This document shows, piece by piece, positions 48,295-62,986 of a stretch of 64,000 nucleotides of DNA (positions are counted from its first letter, which is position 1; every line of letters starts with the position of its first letter). Both the position numbers and the translations under genes were made by a program. Location of the stretch: positions 109,970 to 173,969 of IMG/VR virus record IMGVR_UViG_3300013426_000018; one strand, given 5' to 3'. Source of the DNA: a virus (Duplodnaviria; Caudoviricetes). The notes beneath the pieces were generated by a model. The model saw nothing but the letters and a program-made list of their open reading frames with translations, had not been told where the DNA came from and did not search any database.

Positions 48295-50433
48295 TTAGAA
48301 AGAACCCCACTCTAAATTCATAGTAATTGTATTATTACTTGCCGCAATGTTTAAAGAGCTAGAGCTAATTTTAGCTTGAACCGTACCAGCGTTATTATTG
48401 CTAGAATCAGTTAAAGTATTAGAAATTGTAGCCACATTATTGCTTGCTGCAGTAGCACTACCAGATAATTTATAAGTAGTATTATTATCAGCAGGTAGAG
48501 TAAATACAGTAGTATCAATCTCAGAGAGGTGGCCAGTAGCATCTCTCTTAACTCCAGTAACAGCGGTAAAAGTTCCTTTAGCTGTTAAAGTCTTAGGATC
48601 TTGAGCAGTTGCAGCAAGGGTCGTATCATAGGCCGCATGATTTACAGTGATAGTCCCTTTAGAAGCATCATCTGCCATAGTAATCTTAGTACCAGGAACC
48701 AGCTTAATAGTACTAGAAGAACTGCTAGGACCATTTAAAGTAATAGAATGATCAGTGCCAACTTTTAAGGTATGAGAAACATCCTGCGCAGAAGGCATCG
48801 TAATGGCAGTAGTTTCAACATTAGTAACATGGCCCTAAGCATTTACAGTTACGCCAGTAACAGCATTAAACTTACCACCGTAGCCAGACACAGCAGTTCC
48901 GGCAGAAGTGCCATTAGTTACATCGGCATGACCAATAGTAATCTTGTTAGCAGAGCCAGTTACACTAGTAGCAGTACCAGCAGCTAAAGCGACAGATGTA
49001 GAGTCGCTACCAACACTGGGGGTTAAGGTAATTGTAGTACTATTATTATTACCAATACTGTAATGAGTATCGGTATCATCACCAGAAGGGACATAAGTCC
49101 AAGCAAGATCACTGGTAATAACATCATTGGTTTCCGTACCAGTAGCAATTAGTAGATCACCAATTTTGCACGCATGAGAGCCGAAAGTACCCACAGCCGC
49201 AGCCATATAAGTATCACCAATAGCAACTCCGGAAGTAGGCAAATTCTTAGTAGCACCAGTGCTATCTTTATCGCCGACAGTCCCACGATAAACCATAGCA
49301 TTAATACCATTAACTTTTTCATCAATCTGTGCTTTAGTATAGAAATCAATAGCACCTTGATTATAAACCTTGGTACCATTAACAGTCATATACAAAGCAC
49401 CTTTAGAGGAACCTGTAACAGTATTATTGCTACTATCGGTAACAGTAAAAGTTAAATCTCCAGAAGCATTAGCGGAAGCTGTAGCGCTCTTATTAGTGGT
49501 ATTATTATCAGTGGGAAGAGTAACTTCTTGAGTGGTATAGCCAGTTAAATGTCCACCATCATCTCTGGTCATATCAGAAACAACAGTGAATTTACTACCA
49601 TGAGTAGCACTAATAGCGGTCCCTTTGGTAGCTGTTAAAGCAGAATAAGTTTTATGAGTTGCTTTTACTCCATTAGTTGCATCAGCAGTTAAAGAAACAT
49701 AACCATCACCAGCAACAGCAACAGAACCAGAAGCAGTAGAACCAGCGGTTAAATTTAACTTATTAGCAGCTGCACCAAAAGAGTACTTAGTGTCAACAGC
49801 AGAAATAGTAATATTATTGCTACCGTCATCACTAATAGTAACATTGGAGCCCTACTTTAAAGTTACAGAGCTAGCTTTAGACCCAGCTCCAGAAACAGAA
49901 ATAGTAGAACCACCGGTTACAGCTTTAGAGCCAATAGCAACTGCAACAGAGTTAGCAGTAGCAATATCGCTTGAGTTAATCTTAAAGCTCACCGGAATAT
50001 CGGCTTTGGGAGTAGTATTATTATTCTTTTTATTAGTTTCAGTTTGAGAAAAGGTAAAAGAAATGGTAACACCAGTATCATCAGAAGTGACGCTAGGAGT
50101 ACCCTTGACAGCAATTGTAGTATCAGTGTTAGTATCAGTAGCCTAAGAATTAATTTGAGTCCATTTTTTAATACCCTCTGCGCTAGGGTCTTTGCATACT
50201 AATAACATATTGCCAGCAGTGACAAAGGCGAAATCATCCTTAGCAGGAGCAGAAGGCAGATCATCAGTTGTAGCGACAACTTTAACGTATCTGTTTAATT
50301 CAACTAACTCACTATCTTGTCCCACATATAAACGATGGGAATCTGTAGTTAGATAAAATACGCCATCTTGAGCGGTAAAGCCAGTTGCAGTTAAAGCAGA
50401 AGCTAAACCTCTCTTAAAAGAAACATTAGCCAT
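48295..50433 (-). CDS. tail-fibre-like protein (712 aa)
   Basis: MANVSFKRG...DGVFYLTTD N-terminus; T/S/A/G-rich repeats with D..GH; C-terminal LEWGSF. Confidence 0.75.
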
Positions 50434-50456
50434 ATATTATATTATCTCCTTTATCT

Positions 50457-51716
50457 TTAATTAGATATTGAAATATCTTTCCAAGTTAAAATATCCATTA
50501 TATTAATAGAATCGGTTTTTAGAGTTTCAAGGTTTCCTACTACGGTATTAAAATCAGCAATAGTAACATAATTTTCTTTAGCCTTAGCAATTTCATCTTC
50601 GAGGCTAGAAATTCTATTAGAATGATCGGTTAAAGTAGCCTATAAATTAGTAATATCAGCAATAGTAATTTCCTTATCTTCTAAAGAACTTACTTTTTCA
50701 TTAATACTTGTAATAGTATCTTGTAAGCTAGTAATTTTAGCGATAGGAATATCATTTAGAACTAACTTGCGGTCAACCCCAACAGTAAAATTATCATCAA
50801 CACTTGCAATGAAATTCTTTTCTGCACCGATCTCTTTTAAATCAGCAACATCATCTTCAACGGCTTTTACACGAGCATCATTAGCGGTTTTATAAGCAGT
50901 TAACTCAACTAAAACACTGGCAGCAGACTCACCACCAGTAGCACTCTTGACAGCATCAGCGATCTATTTGTCAACTTCAGCTTTAGTATAATAACCGCTT
51001 AAGTCAACTTCCCAATCACCGACTTTTTCAAGTTTCCCTTCGATAACAATATATTCATCATATTTATCATCGTCATGCTATAAGCCATTGGGAACCATAT
51101 AGATATACTAGTCAGCATCTTTAGCAGTAAGATCAATCTCACCAGTAGCAGTTACAATCTTACGCTTTAAATGATCTGCATTATTAATTGCAGTTTTAAT
51201 TAAAGTATCAGTTTCAGTCTTGGTATAAAATTCTTTATTAGAAGGCTAATACCAAGCAATTTCAAGAGCACCTTCAGAGTTAGTTACCACTCTTGGCTCT
51301 AGTCCGGCAATAAAGTTATCAGCAACAAATTGATATTTTTCAGCTTCATCTGAAGTCGCAGGAACATACTTATAATAGCCTTTGCCAAAACCTTTAACTT
51401 GAAGCTTACCATTAGCAAATTCAATAGAAACGTTATCTCCCGCAGGGGCAGAGCCAACTTCCTTTAAACTCCTATCAGCTTCAATAATATAAAGAGTAAC
51501 AGAACCGTCGTTATAAACAGAAATAGTTTGGCCAACATAAGAAGTGCCGCCAAGGCCTCTCTCATCATCCCCAGCACCAGCCGCATATTTCACAGCATCG
51601 GCATAAGAACTAAAAACAGAACTTCTATCAAGAGGGAAAGCACCTGTCCGTTGGAAAGGCATAGCCCAGTCAAGTTTAGAACCCTATTCTATAACATTTA
51701 AAATATACTCAGCCAT
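50457..51716 (-). CDS. tail-fibre/collar-like structural protein
   Basis: FQRTGAFPLD, YVGQ, IYMVP..D.YDEY, DLSGYYTKAEVD motifs; coiled-coil C-terminus. Confidence 0.7.
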
Positions 51717-51734
51717 TTATCTTTTCCTCCTTTC

Positions 51735-53132
51735 TTATCCATTCGCAAGAGTAACGTTGTATGTATTGGCTCCAAGAGCTGCCGCAGGGGCATACACATA
51801 AACATTATAATCTTTAGCATAATCACCAATTGCTTCAGCAGTAGCATCAGCACCGCCCACAGAAACAGTAGACTTAACAAAACTACTAAAGATATCAGTT
51901 CCAAAAGCACCAGTATCAGCAACAACTGTCACAACACGGCCAGCAGGAACCGCAATAATAACTTGTTTAGCACCTTCTGGGACAGTGATCTTAATACTAC
52001 TACCAGAAGCATCTTGACCACTTAAACCACGAATATTAGCAGAAGTTAAGCCAATAGGAGCAGTCTTAGCACCATAAAATGCCTTACGATAGCCTTTAAT
52101 AGCAGAGCCGGTCTTAGAAGCAGAGCCAGCCTAAATTTGGCAATTCTTTAGTTCAGTGGCATCAGTAAGTGCTTCGCCCAAATTATCAACAGGAACTGCA
52201 CCAGCTTCATAATTAGCAGTTGCTTTAATAGTTAAATTAGTATCATCAGCAATTGTAATAGCATCAAAAGTGCCAGAAGCAGTAGTTAAAGTTTGCTCAC
52301 CTAAAGTAACGCTCCAAGAAGAAGCAGTGATACCAGTAGCAGGACCATAAGTATAAGAACCAGCAGATAAAGTAGCAGAATACTTAGGTGTAACAGAAGT
52401 ACCAACTTCATAGGATTTACTATCAGCAGAAGTTAAAGTAACAGTTGGAAGGGTTCTAGAGGGAAGCTTACGAGCAGCAAACAACATATCAAGAACTTGC
52501 TTAACATTTTTGCCAGTGGTTTCAAGAGTCTTAGAACCAGAGCTAGGAATGGTTTGAACACCAACATTTGCGGTCAATACTAAATTACTATCAAAATAAA
52601 CATTTTTAGCATTGTAATTGCCATCCATTGCAGCCCACGCATTGTTCGTATAAACATAGGCAGTATATTCATACTTTCCATCTGCAATAGCTTTCTTTAA
52701 AATAGCATTGTCACCATCGGCAGGGATAGCTTTACCAACTATTCTGGTAAGGGCGGCATCCATTGTTTCACTAGCTTGAACTTCACCCTAGAATATTTGA
52801 GATGTAGAAGCTACATTTCCAAGATTTGTCTTAATTAAAGAAATAACATCTTTAAGTTCTTTAGCGACCCAGTTTCCACCTTCATCTTTAACTAAAAAAG
52901 AATCAGTGCCCGCACCCTTGACAACCACATCAGCTAAATCATCTAATGTAGCAGAAGCAATGGTGATATCGCCACCGCTAATAATGCGGTTGCCCATATA
53001 AAGAGCACCAACTGAGTCAGCTTCATCTTTGTAAATAAAATAAAGAGTATTAGCATCTAAATTTCCAGCAGTTTTCAAAGCATCATAAGCCGCTTGAGAA
53101 CCACGCTAAAATTTAACATAATTAATAGCCAT
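51735..53132 (-). CDS. structural protein (tail-fibre-associated)
   Basis: MAINYVKF(Q)RG; three track ORFs joined in frame by TAG. Confidence 0.72.
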
Positions 53133-53185
53133 TATTTATCTCCTTTCGTCTATTCTCAATATAACCTCAAAAATAAATAAAAAAA

Positions 53186-53221
53186 ATTGAGTCAACTCGA
53201 CCAATGTCAAGTTGACTCAAT
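53186..53221 (-). terminator. inverted repeat / terminator
   Basis: ATTGAGTCAACT...AGTTGACTCAAT with flanking A tract. Confidence 0.65.
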
Positions 53222-53244
53222 ACAATTTTTTTAATTAACAAAAC

Positions 53245-56200
53245 TTAACTATTCAATTTAGACTTTAAATCATTTACCTCGTTTTCAAGGTTAGTAATTT
53301 TATTTAACAAATTTTCTAAAGCCTGCGATAGTCCAGTAACTTGTGACTGCTCTATTTGGATAGATGTAACTTTACCTATAATTATTTCACCATCTGTTTC
53401 CGCTAAAGAAGCAATTGTATTTGCCGCTCCAATTTCTACTTCTTCTACATTTAAATTATTTACAGCCTTTGTAATTTCAGAGGCTCTGGTAGCTTCCTCA
53501 ACTTTAATTCGATCCTATAATTTTTTAAAAGCACCATTAATAGAATCACTTGTCTTTAAAGTATAAGCATTTCCAGCATCTACTTCACCCTGATCAACAC
53601 TGAATTCTGCAATTCCTAAAGCACCAACATTCACTTTATCCTAAGTAAAAACTCCTGTAGAGCTGTTTACAGATATACCAGTCATAACATTCCCTTCAGT
53701 ATTGGGAGTTACACTTGGCTAAGGAAGTTTAATAGAATACTTACCAACGCCTGAAATGTGTCCTGCGTTATCATGAGACAGCCTAGGAATATCAAATTGC
53801 TACCCAAAAAGAGGACTATCTGGACTAGTATCTTTAGGAACATTTTTAACATTTGCTTCAGTCGTGAAGATCTTATTATTAGTTTCAGGAGAATTATGAT
53901 AAATTTTAATAATTTTGTTATTATCTCCGACTTTAATCCAATGATTAGCCCCTTCTATAGTAATTGTATCTTGCGTATCACTTGCAATTTGTCCATTATC
54001 AGATGGGGAAGTTTCTATTTTTATTTCATTCAGAGTTGAAGTATTTATAGTCTTAATAATTTTATATCCATCTGGAAGCTTATAAGTATGAGACTAATTA
54101 GCTGTAATATGACCAGCCGCATCATTTGTTATATCATTAACTGTAAAAGTATTCTATATAATAGTTGCATTTCCACTAGTATCATTAATCTTATCGTTTA
54201 AATTTGTTTCATCCTTCGCTTCGGTTGTAATTGAATTTACCGTATGACCTAAAGATAACGTTTTATTTGCTACAGAAGTTTTTATCCATTTATTAGATGG
54301 GGCAATTTTTAAAGTATCCTAAGTATTAACTGCGGAAATAGTACCATCATTTGACGCAGCATCTCCAGTTTTTTCAGAAGTACTTTTATTTGTTATATTT
54401 CTAAAGCTATAAGGAAGAACATAAGTGTGGGCTTTATTAGCTGTAATATGTCCGGCCGCATCAAAAGACATATCCTAAATCACCAACTCATTAGGACTCT
54501 CATTTTTTGGATCATTAAGATCTGTTTTACCATCAATAGCAACCTTGTCAACATTATGAACTTCATGAGCAATGATGATAGTATCGCTATCTGTATTATT
54601 TGTAATTTGAGTCTAAATCCATTTATTCTTAGGATTAATAATTATTTTGTCCTAAGTGTTTTCAGCTTTGGCGGTTTTTTCAGTATCTTCGACAGTCTTT
54701 TTATTTATTTCATATCCTGTGATATTATCTTTATTGTCTTTAATAGGATTAGTATATAAGTCTATTTCTTCTTCATCAACACGGCCATCGGTTTCTAAAT
54801 ACTTATACCCATAAGGTAGAGTGACAATTTCAGTATGATTACCAACAATATGACCAGTATTATCTACTATTGGACTATATAAGCTAATAACATCAGAAGA
54901 ACCGTTAATATCAGATTCGTGTTCGGTATCTTTTTCTTTATGAGCTTGATGCGTTATACTAATAAGTCGATTATCTTCATCTAAGTCTACTTTAATCCAT
55001 TGATTCTCATTAGATTCAGGAAGAGAATCATTCTCATTAGATTCAGGAAGAGAATCATTCTCATTAGATTCAGGAAGAGAATCATTTGAATTGCCAATAT
55101 TATTATAGCTATATTTTTGAGCAGTTGTCCAGTTAGCACTATTAACATGTCCATTAGCATCACAAATTAAAAACTCTCCGGGAACTAAATCTTCAAAAAT
55201 ATTAATAATGTCATTTAAAGTATTAATAGTTCCTTGGACAGTTTCTCTATTCCTGGTTTCTGAATCATCGGATTCTATTAAATTCTTTAATTCAAGAATT
55301 AAACCATTAATAGTGCTTAAATCGGTAGCAAAGCCTTTAATTTCCTATTTTTTATAGCCATATTGTATATCTCCATTAGACAATCTCGCAATATGGGCCA
55401 ATGATTTTTTTTCTTCTCCATTAAAGATTTTAGCGGTTAAAGCTTTCTTATTAAAACGCTATACTTGCCAATTATCATCTGTTTTATCAATTACCAAATA
55501 CCAATCCTCATCAGGATAATCTTTAAGAATATTATTAATTTTTAGCTCAAAATCTGCGTTATATTCCTAATCACTGGTATAGTCGCTAGGATCTAAAGTA
55601 ATAACACCAGAGATATCAACTTCCTCATAGAGAGGATATCTATAGAGTCGATAATATTTTTTATCAATTTTATCAAAGAAAATCTTATTTAAAGCATAAG
55701 TCTCTTTATTCGCAACAAGCTCTTTGGAAGTAAGAATCATTCCTAATAAATCATGAGTTAAATTAATACAACCAGCAATAGTTTCTGTATCATATGATCT
55801 ACCGCCTAATACAGATTTTTCCCATTTGGAATCTCTGACTGGAGAAGTCAAGCCTTCAAATTTTTTCAACTCTCCATTTTCTACTTCCATAGCATCTTTC
55901 CACTCAAGGTCACGATATCTTTTATTATTATTCTCTTGATTATACCCATATACCTTATCCCAGATAGCACATACAGTATTACCCAGAGCGGGTAATAAAA
56001 CTTTCATTTCTTGAATATCAGGAGCTTCTTTAACTTCTAAGCTACCATCATGAGTATTATATAAATTTCCACTTTTGCCAGTAGGCTAAATAGAAATCTC
56101 ATTAGTATCTTTAAATTCCCCAGTATATTCATTATGAATTGTCTCATCAAGGCCATCTTTGTTAAAATAAATAGCTCCAGGGTAACTTATTGACGTAATA

Positions 56201-57015
56201 GTATTTTTACCAGTGGAAGCATCATAAGCATTTCTATTATAAGAAACATCTATGTCGCTTGGATAAGTGCCTGTCGCCGCATCGTCTGAAAGTGTCTTAC
56301 GACTATCTGTTTCGCCCTCAGCGACTCTAAAGCCCCAAGCAGGTTGCCAATGAAGCTTATAATAGATATCTGTACTTGAAGTATCAAAATGCGGAACCAA
56401 TGGGTCCATTGTAGGAGCATCTGCGGAAATCCCAAAAGTAGGAACTACACTATTCAACTCCGCAATCATAATATATTTTTCGACATTATCAATATAAGCC
56501 TTCTGCCAAACAGTTGAGTCATATCCTCTCCCCGCTCCATAAACAGAAATATCAATATTGTAATTTATTGTATAGTTAGGATTATTTGATCCTTCTATAA
56601 TTTTTTTAAATCCAGCATGGCCATCTGTAAATTCTTCATCAGTTATCTAATAATACTAAACATTATTATACTAATAACCACTTTCTGATGACGTTTTATC
56701 ATCAGCTGTAAATACAATAGTTCCTGCTGCAATACTAGATAATTTATTAGTATCAGAAGAGCTCGTTACACCTAAATGAATTAGATAATTTAAATCTTCA
56801 TGTTCAACTTTTGTATTATATAACTTATCATTAAAAATCCAAACTCGATAAAAATCATCCTATTGATAATCGTTATCATACTCAACTAATACATATCGAC
56901 CAGCATAAATACCATCAGTATAAGTATGTGCGTCCATTTCATAACGAGAAGAATAAATTTTGTCAAATTGGAATTGGGTTTTAGATGTGTTAGTTATATT
57001 ACCATAAAATCCCAT
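53245..57015 (-). CDS. large tail-fibre-like protein (~1256 aa)
   Basis: MGFYGNITN start with RBS; repeated N.WI...H...D.AGHI....LP modules; coiled-coil end. Confidence 0.72.
55003..55086. repeat. 27-bp perfect tandem repeat, 3.1 copies (NDSLPESNE)
   Basis: ATTCTCATTAGATTCAGGAAGAGAATC at 55003, 55030 and 55057. Confidence 0.95.
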
Positions 57016-57019
57016 TTAA

Positions 57020-57358
57020 TTAATCCTCCTTCTCATAAATCATATCTATAATTAAATAAGAATTGATGTTTCCATTCACTGCTTCTAAAGACTTTGCGTC
57101 GAAAGATAAAGCAGTAATTTCAGCCAATCCTTCTAAATCCAATTCATATATTCCAGTATACCCTATAATAATAGGGCTTGTGGAATTATTTAAATAAAAT
57201 TTTGTCCCTGGAAGAGACTAAATACCTAACTGCGTAATAGGCATATAATCACTAAAAGCACTTCCAGAAATTAAACTTCTAAGAGTTAAATTCTGGGGGT
57301 TATTTTGACCAGGACTCTTTGTATTATAAAATCTAAACTGTTTCACCCTTTTAGACAT
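57020..57358 (-). CDS. hypothetical tail-region protein
   Basis: AGGAGG RBS; LGI(Q)SLPGTKFYLN...IGYTGIYEL. Confidence 0.75.
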
Positions 57359-57372
57359 TTTCCTTTTCCTCC

Positions 57373-60087
57373 TTAAGTAATATTGGAAATTACTTTCGTT
57401 GCCGTTAAACTCATAGTTCCATTATAAGTTAGTGGAATTGTTATCCTGCTTACGACATATTCACCATTTATTTTACTATTCTAATCTTTAATTAATATTC
57501 TAGTATTAGGTTCCAAATGATAAACAGGAAGAACCGTAATATTAGCACTTTCAATACTATATGAATATTTATATAACATATTTTCTAATTCTTCTTGAGC
57601 AGATTTACCTTTTGAGCTAATAACAAATAGGTTTTTCATCTCTGGACGCAATTGTACGTAGGTATACCCAGTTTGATGTTCATAAGTTTCTGCCCCACTC
57701 TAAAAGATTGTTTGAGGAATCTCTCTATAATAGATACATTTTACATCATTATCACTAACTGCTTTAGACCGAGTTCCGATAGCACTAACAGAGTATTTCT
57801 CTAAATTGCTACCTTCTGCCTCTAAAAAGTCAAACCAGAAAATTAAGGATTCTGGATTACTTGTTACAATTTTAGCCCACCCATTTGAGCCATAATCATA
57901 TTGCCCAGAATAATACTAAATTTCTTTAGATGTGGGGTTGTTACTTACTACCTATCCAACAATGTCATAATCATAGTAACTAAAGGTTTTCATAAATCTA
58001 TTACTTTGCTAATATATCCATTTAACGGGATCTTTTAAGTCCACAAAATTCAAGTATTCTGGAGACTGAATCCTTAGAGGATTATTTTCTCCTTCATTGA
58101 TATAATCTTCTAAATCGGCCCCAATTAGTTGGATATATTCATCATCTTGTGCGGGAACCCCTCCTAAAGAATGGATTTTTGCCTATAAGATTTTTTCTCC
58201 CTCTTCGTCACTACTGCATTCAAGGATCTTTCCATTAGCATCTTTTAGCTAACAAATATTATTAACATAAACCTCTTCTATTCTAATATTTTTTAATATC
58301 TAATTATTGCTGATATCTATTTCGGTCATTTTATTAGTAGATATATTCAAAGAGTAATACTTTTTATCTCCTTTGATATAACAAGCTCCATTGAGATATG
58401 GCTTAATAGTTCCATCTTTTTCAATAAAAAATATATCACTATATTTATTATTCCCAAATAAGTTTTCAAGCTCACCATCTTTAGCCTTAACAAAAGCGTT
58501 CTTTATAAAGACATCATTCTATTTATTCCCATCTGGCAAGTACAAATCAGTAGCAGTATCACTTGAAATCTATTCATATCTTGAGACAGTCTATTCTCCA
58601 TCTGGATTATATATCTATCTCCAAAAACCTTCCATATCGACATAATACTATTCATAGCCAGTATGGCCATCTGGATATTGAGGATTAGCTTGAGCTAAAT
58701 TATACAAAAAATCATCATCATGATAATATTTGCGATAATCCAAAGCCATCTTATATATCAATTCACGCCAATCAACAACTGTAGCGTCACTCCTATCAAA
58801 TGTAGCATACTACTTCTAATCAATTAAAGAATAATATTCAGTAGGCTTTTTATCAATCGCATATCTCATATGGATGTCTATCTCTGTGCCCGAAGTAGTC
58901 TTTTTCTTACCCCAAATAGCGAAGTCATTACGCAAATTTAAAATATTGGGAGTATTCTAAAAAGCAGAAACTAATTGATTATCAGTAAAATTCCACATAG
59001 GGACAGACTTATTCACGGCGGCATTAGCATATATCTAATCACCTTTTTCAATATCATTCCAGTAAACATCAACATAGGTCTGCTTCTTCTGAAATACAAA
59101 TTCTCCATCAAGATTATAGAAATACTCGAATTCGCCTAGCATATTAACTATTTTATCTAACATTGAAGTAAGCGTTTCGCCTACATTACAAATTAAATCC
59201 CCCGCATAGACTAAATCAGTAAGCTCATATCCGGGAATAGACCCATATTCAAATTTAGCAATAGTATAATAATTTGATCCAATTTTTACTTTAGTGGGCT
59301 ATTCACCTTCTGTTAAATTAACTAAATTATCATACTTAATATCAACATCATCAATGGTAGTTTCTTTTAATGAGTTATCATCTTTTATAATAAAGCATTT
59401 CAAATTTCCATTTAAAGTCATATTTATAAATGTATCTGTTTCAACATTTCTAAACATGTAAATAGGTGTATCTCCACGATATTCTAATAGGTTCAAGCCA
59501 GCATCTTCTAAGTCATTTATAATAATATTTTGCGGAAGCTCATTACCAAAATTCTAAACACTTTCTCTAATGATTCTTTTAAGAGGCACGCTAGTATATG
59601 TTGTAATATTATTCTCTTTATCATAGTATTCTTCAATACCAAAATCAGTAGTGTGGGGCAATGCACCTGCTAAATCCCCATTCAGCAGGCACATTTTATC
59701 TTTACCACTAATGCTAATTGTATAATTATTAGTTCCATAAGAAGTGCTAAAAGAAGTTATTACATATAAACCCTATTTAAACCAGCAAACATCTGGATAT
59801 TTAGAATTTATGTTATTTTTTAATCCAATTTCTAATTTGAATTTATTCTTAACGCCCCAATAGAAATCATTAATATTAATATCCTAAGCTACTAGAGTTA
59901 AAGAACATGTACGACGAACCCTAGAAGTTCCATCAATATTAATTGACCCACCAGTCACTTTACCTTCTATATATTCGATAGGCCTTTCCTTTTGCGTTAA
60001 AGCAGTTACTCGGGCAAAAACAGTTCTTTCATTTGCCCTAAAGAGCTCCTATAAGAAATTTTTATCATATAAAAAATTACTCTTCAT
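57373..60087 (-). CDS. baseplate hub/tail protein (DUF5048-like, 904 aa)
   Basis: GGSINIDG.S.VRRTCSL, GKDKMCLLNG, EYFYNLDG.FVFQ, PVYHLEPNTRI, GEYVV..ITIPL..NGTM. Confidence 0.75.
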
Positions 60088-62776
60088 TTAAGCCCTCCTC
60101 TTCTTTCTGCTATGCCTATGCCTTAACTAATGCTAAAATATAATTAATATAAGAATTTTCTACATTTTTAATTAATATATTTAGCTCAGCCTAATAGTTT
60201 TCTAGAGTTTCGCTCACGTTAGAATCATTAATACTATCAATTTCTCCGCCTTTTTCTAAGTATTCTTTCAATGCTTCTAAATTGTTTAAATAAATAGTTT
60301 TAGCTCCATAAACCTCATATCGAACATCATTTTCGATTGAATATGCAATCTCTCTAATTTGGTAAGAAGCTTCCACAATACACCCATTCCCAATGACTAA
60401 AGAGTTTGGTTTACCGAAATCTCTTACTTTAAAATCTTGAGTATCTTCTACACTTACCTACGATTCGTCCAAAAGAATAAAAGGCTAATATATCTCTTCT
60501 TTAACTGGCTCCGTAAGAGAAGTAGAAAAATCTAAATAATTTTTTATTATAAACTCCCAATTGAATCTATCATAAGGCTTATAAGAAGGATCAGTAGTAT
60601 TATTATATTGTTGCTTCTATTTCCATTCCCCCAAAGCATATAAAGTAAAAATATCTTGGTTCTTTAGTTCCTAAGTATGATCTTTATCTTTATAATATTT
60701 CCCTCCATACTTCACAATCTTTTCAATTGACCTCTTTTGGACATGGAGATTATAAAATTTAATTAAATCAATCTTTGGATTTCGCACCCAAGTATCATTT
60801 AAAGAATCGTAAACATACTCTATCTCTTTGATAATATCATGCTCTCCAATAAATTGTTTAGTCGGCACTTCTATAATAGAAATATTATCTACTTTATCAA
60901 AAATATTCTATTGGGTAGAATAAAAACTATAAGTAGCTTGCCCAGAAGGGATAATGTTTTCCCCAAAATAAATTTCTTTAATAGGAACTCCCAAATCAAT
61001 ATTATAGCTTCCAGTAATGCCTATCTATATCTCTTGTGGCGTTTGGTTGCTCCCCTCAAGAGTTATTAAAAGTTTACTCCCTGGATTCATATCAGTAAAT
61101 CTTATTGTCTAAACAGGATGAGAATTAATTTTTAATCCTCTACCTTCTATACCAGAAATAGAAATATTATTTCCATAAGGATAGATAATACTCCCTGAAG
61201 TGTCCTTATAGCATTCTCCTAGATTGACTGTCTCAAAACGGAGTAGCTAAACTTCTGGGTCATCAATACTAATAAATCCAAAAGAGTTAAGATTAGAGTA
61301 ACTAAAATCAGCTACTTCATATGCGGTTGCAGTAAAAGTGTGTAACATGCGTCCAAGAGTATCATTTGGGGCAAGTGAGACATTCATTAACCGCACAATA
61401 TAGTTGCCTTCTCCTGGAGATCTAAATAACTTAGATTTCCCGTTCGTTAACCAATCATAAACTTTTAATTTAAATTCTCTCTCTCTGGCAATATTTTCTC
61501 CAGTGAGCTAAGTAGACTTTAGTTCATCACTTGTGTCAAAATCTTTTGTACTATCCATTAGATAAGAAATAAGGCCCGAAATAGAAAACTCTTTATAACT
61601 TACCTACCCATTCCGCAAAATGAAAGGATGCTTACTTCCTATCGTTTCTACCTTGGTTTCTAATAAGTCTGTTTTAAAGCTTGCGATTTTGGGGTTATAC
61701 TTAATTTTTAACTACTTTTCCCCATCAAATAAAAAAGCATCTTCAAAATCACTTTTTACTATATTAGAATAAATTCTATTAGAGTACAAGCCTTTATCAT
61801 TATACTATTGAATAGAATATTTATAAGATTTTCCTTGCTCAACAGTATAATCTTTCCATAACTATCTAGAAGGCTTTTGGGCAGATAGCTTAAATCGAGC
61901 GATTTCATCCCAATCAGTATAATTATCATCTTCACAAGAACGAGTAAGGAGGAATGCTCCTGATGCAGGAATTTCTAAACCTTCATCGTCTTTCTTTCCT
62001 ATAAGATTAAGAATAATTTCACCATTATCAAAATCTGCTGTTGCCTCTAAAGTAGCCTATATATCTGAATCTATTGATATTTTCTACATTATCCGATATC
62101 TGGGGCTGGAAATAACCAGCCCATTTATCGTTGTAACAGTATATTTAATCCGATAAGATTTATTTAAAGGAAGCTCTTTAGAATATGTAAATTCATCATA
62201 TGATAAATCCTCTTCTGTATCATTAGAGCTATTATGTAGCTACTCGCCAGAAGTTGCTACGATGTTATTATTTTCATCATAAACGTCAAATTGATAAGAA
62301 TAAACGTGTTCAGTTTTGTCGCTATTCTCTTTCTCTTGACTATAAAAGCCAAAATATTTATATTGATGAGTATTGATAGTTCCTTCTTCTAAATCCCCAA
62401 TATAAATATCTGGCTTAGTAGTATATTTACCAACTCCAACAGTAGAATAATAGCCAATATCATCATCATTATCAATATAAGCTATCTAGAATTTATAATA
62501 TTGGCCTTTTTTCATTTGAGTAACTTGTAAGGGACTTATATATACTCGCACCCAGCAGCTATTTTCCAATTCATAATCTACTGAATCTTCAACTTTTTCG
62601 GTATATATATAACTACTACTTTGAACCGTTTTTACTTTAACTGCCAAGCCTTTTACTTGTGATTGACTAACTGCTCGGTTCATAGAAAAGGGGATTGTTA
62701 CTACTATATCCCCATTTTCATTTTCGTAAAAGGCTGGCACAATTCCTTCTATTACAGGAGGAAACAGTTTAGCCAT
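60077..62776 (-). CDS. tail/baseplate protein (899 aa)
   Basis: Three track ORFs in frame; ETIGSKHPF, WLTNGKSKLFRSPGEGNYIVRL. Confidence 0.75.
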
Positions 62777-62783
62777 TTATTAT

Positions 62784-62960
62784 TCACTCCTCTATAGAAG
62801 TATTTTCTTTTTCTTCTTGAACATTTTCAGACATATGCTCATATAAAGCTTTAAGAGCTTTTAAGCATTCTGCCATTGTAATAGTATCATCGCCTTTAGT
62901 TGACACTAAAGTTAATGTATTATATATTTTACCCAATTGGGTTAATTCCTTTTTTGTCAT
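62784..62960 (-). CDS. small hypothetical protein
   Basis: AAGGA RBS; 58 aa (YNTL.LVSTKGDDTITMAECL). Confidence 0.7.
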   Translation of the reverse strand: MTKKELTQLGKIYNTLTLVSTKGDDTITMAECLKALKALYEHMSENVQEEKENTSIEE

Positions 62961-62986
62961 ATTCCTTTTTCTCCTTAATCTTTTAA

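Noticed and set aside
55003-55086. CRISPR array
   Set aside because: The repeats are contiguous without spacers and lie in frame within a CDS.
36904-61069. Plus-strand track ORFs in the right arm (e.g. 38788-39216, 44092-44529)
   Set aside because: Antisense shadows of continuous - strand recoded genes.
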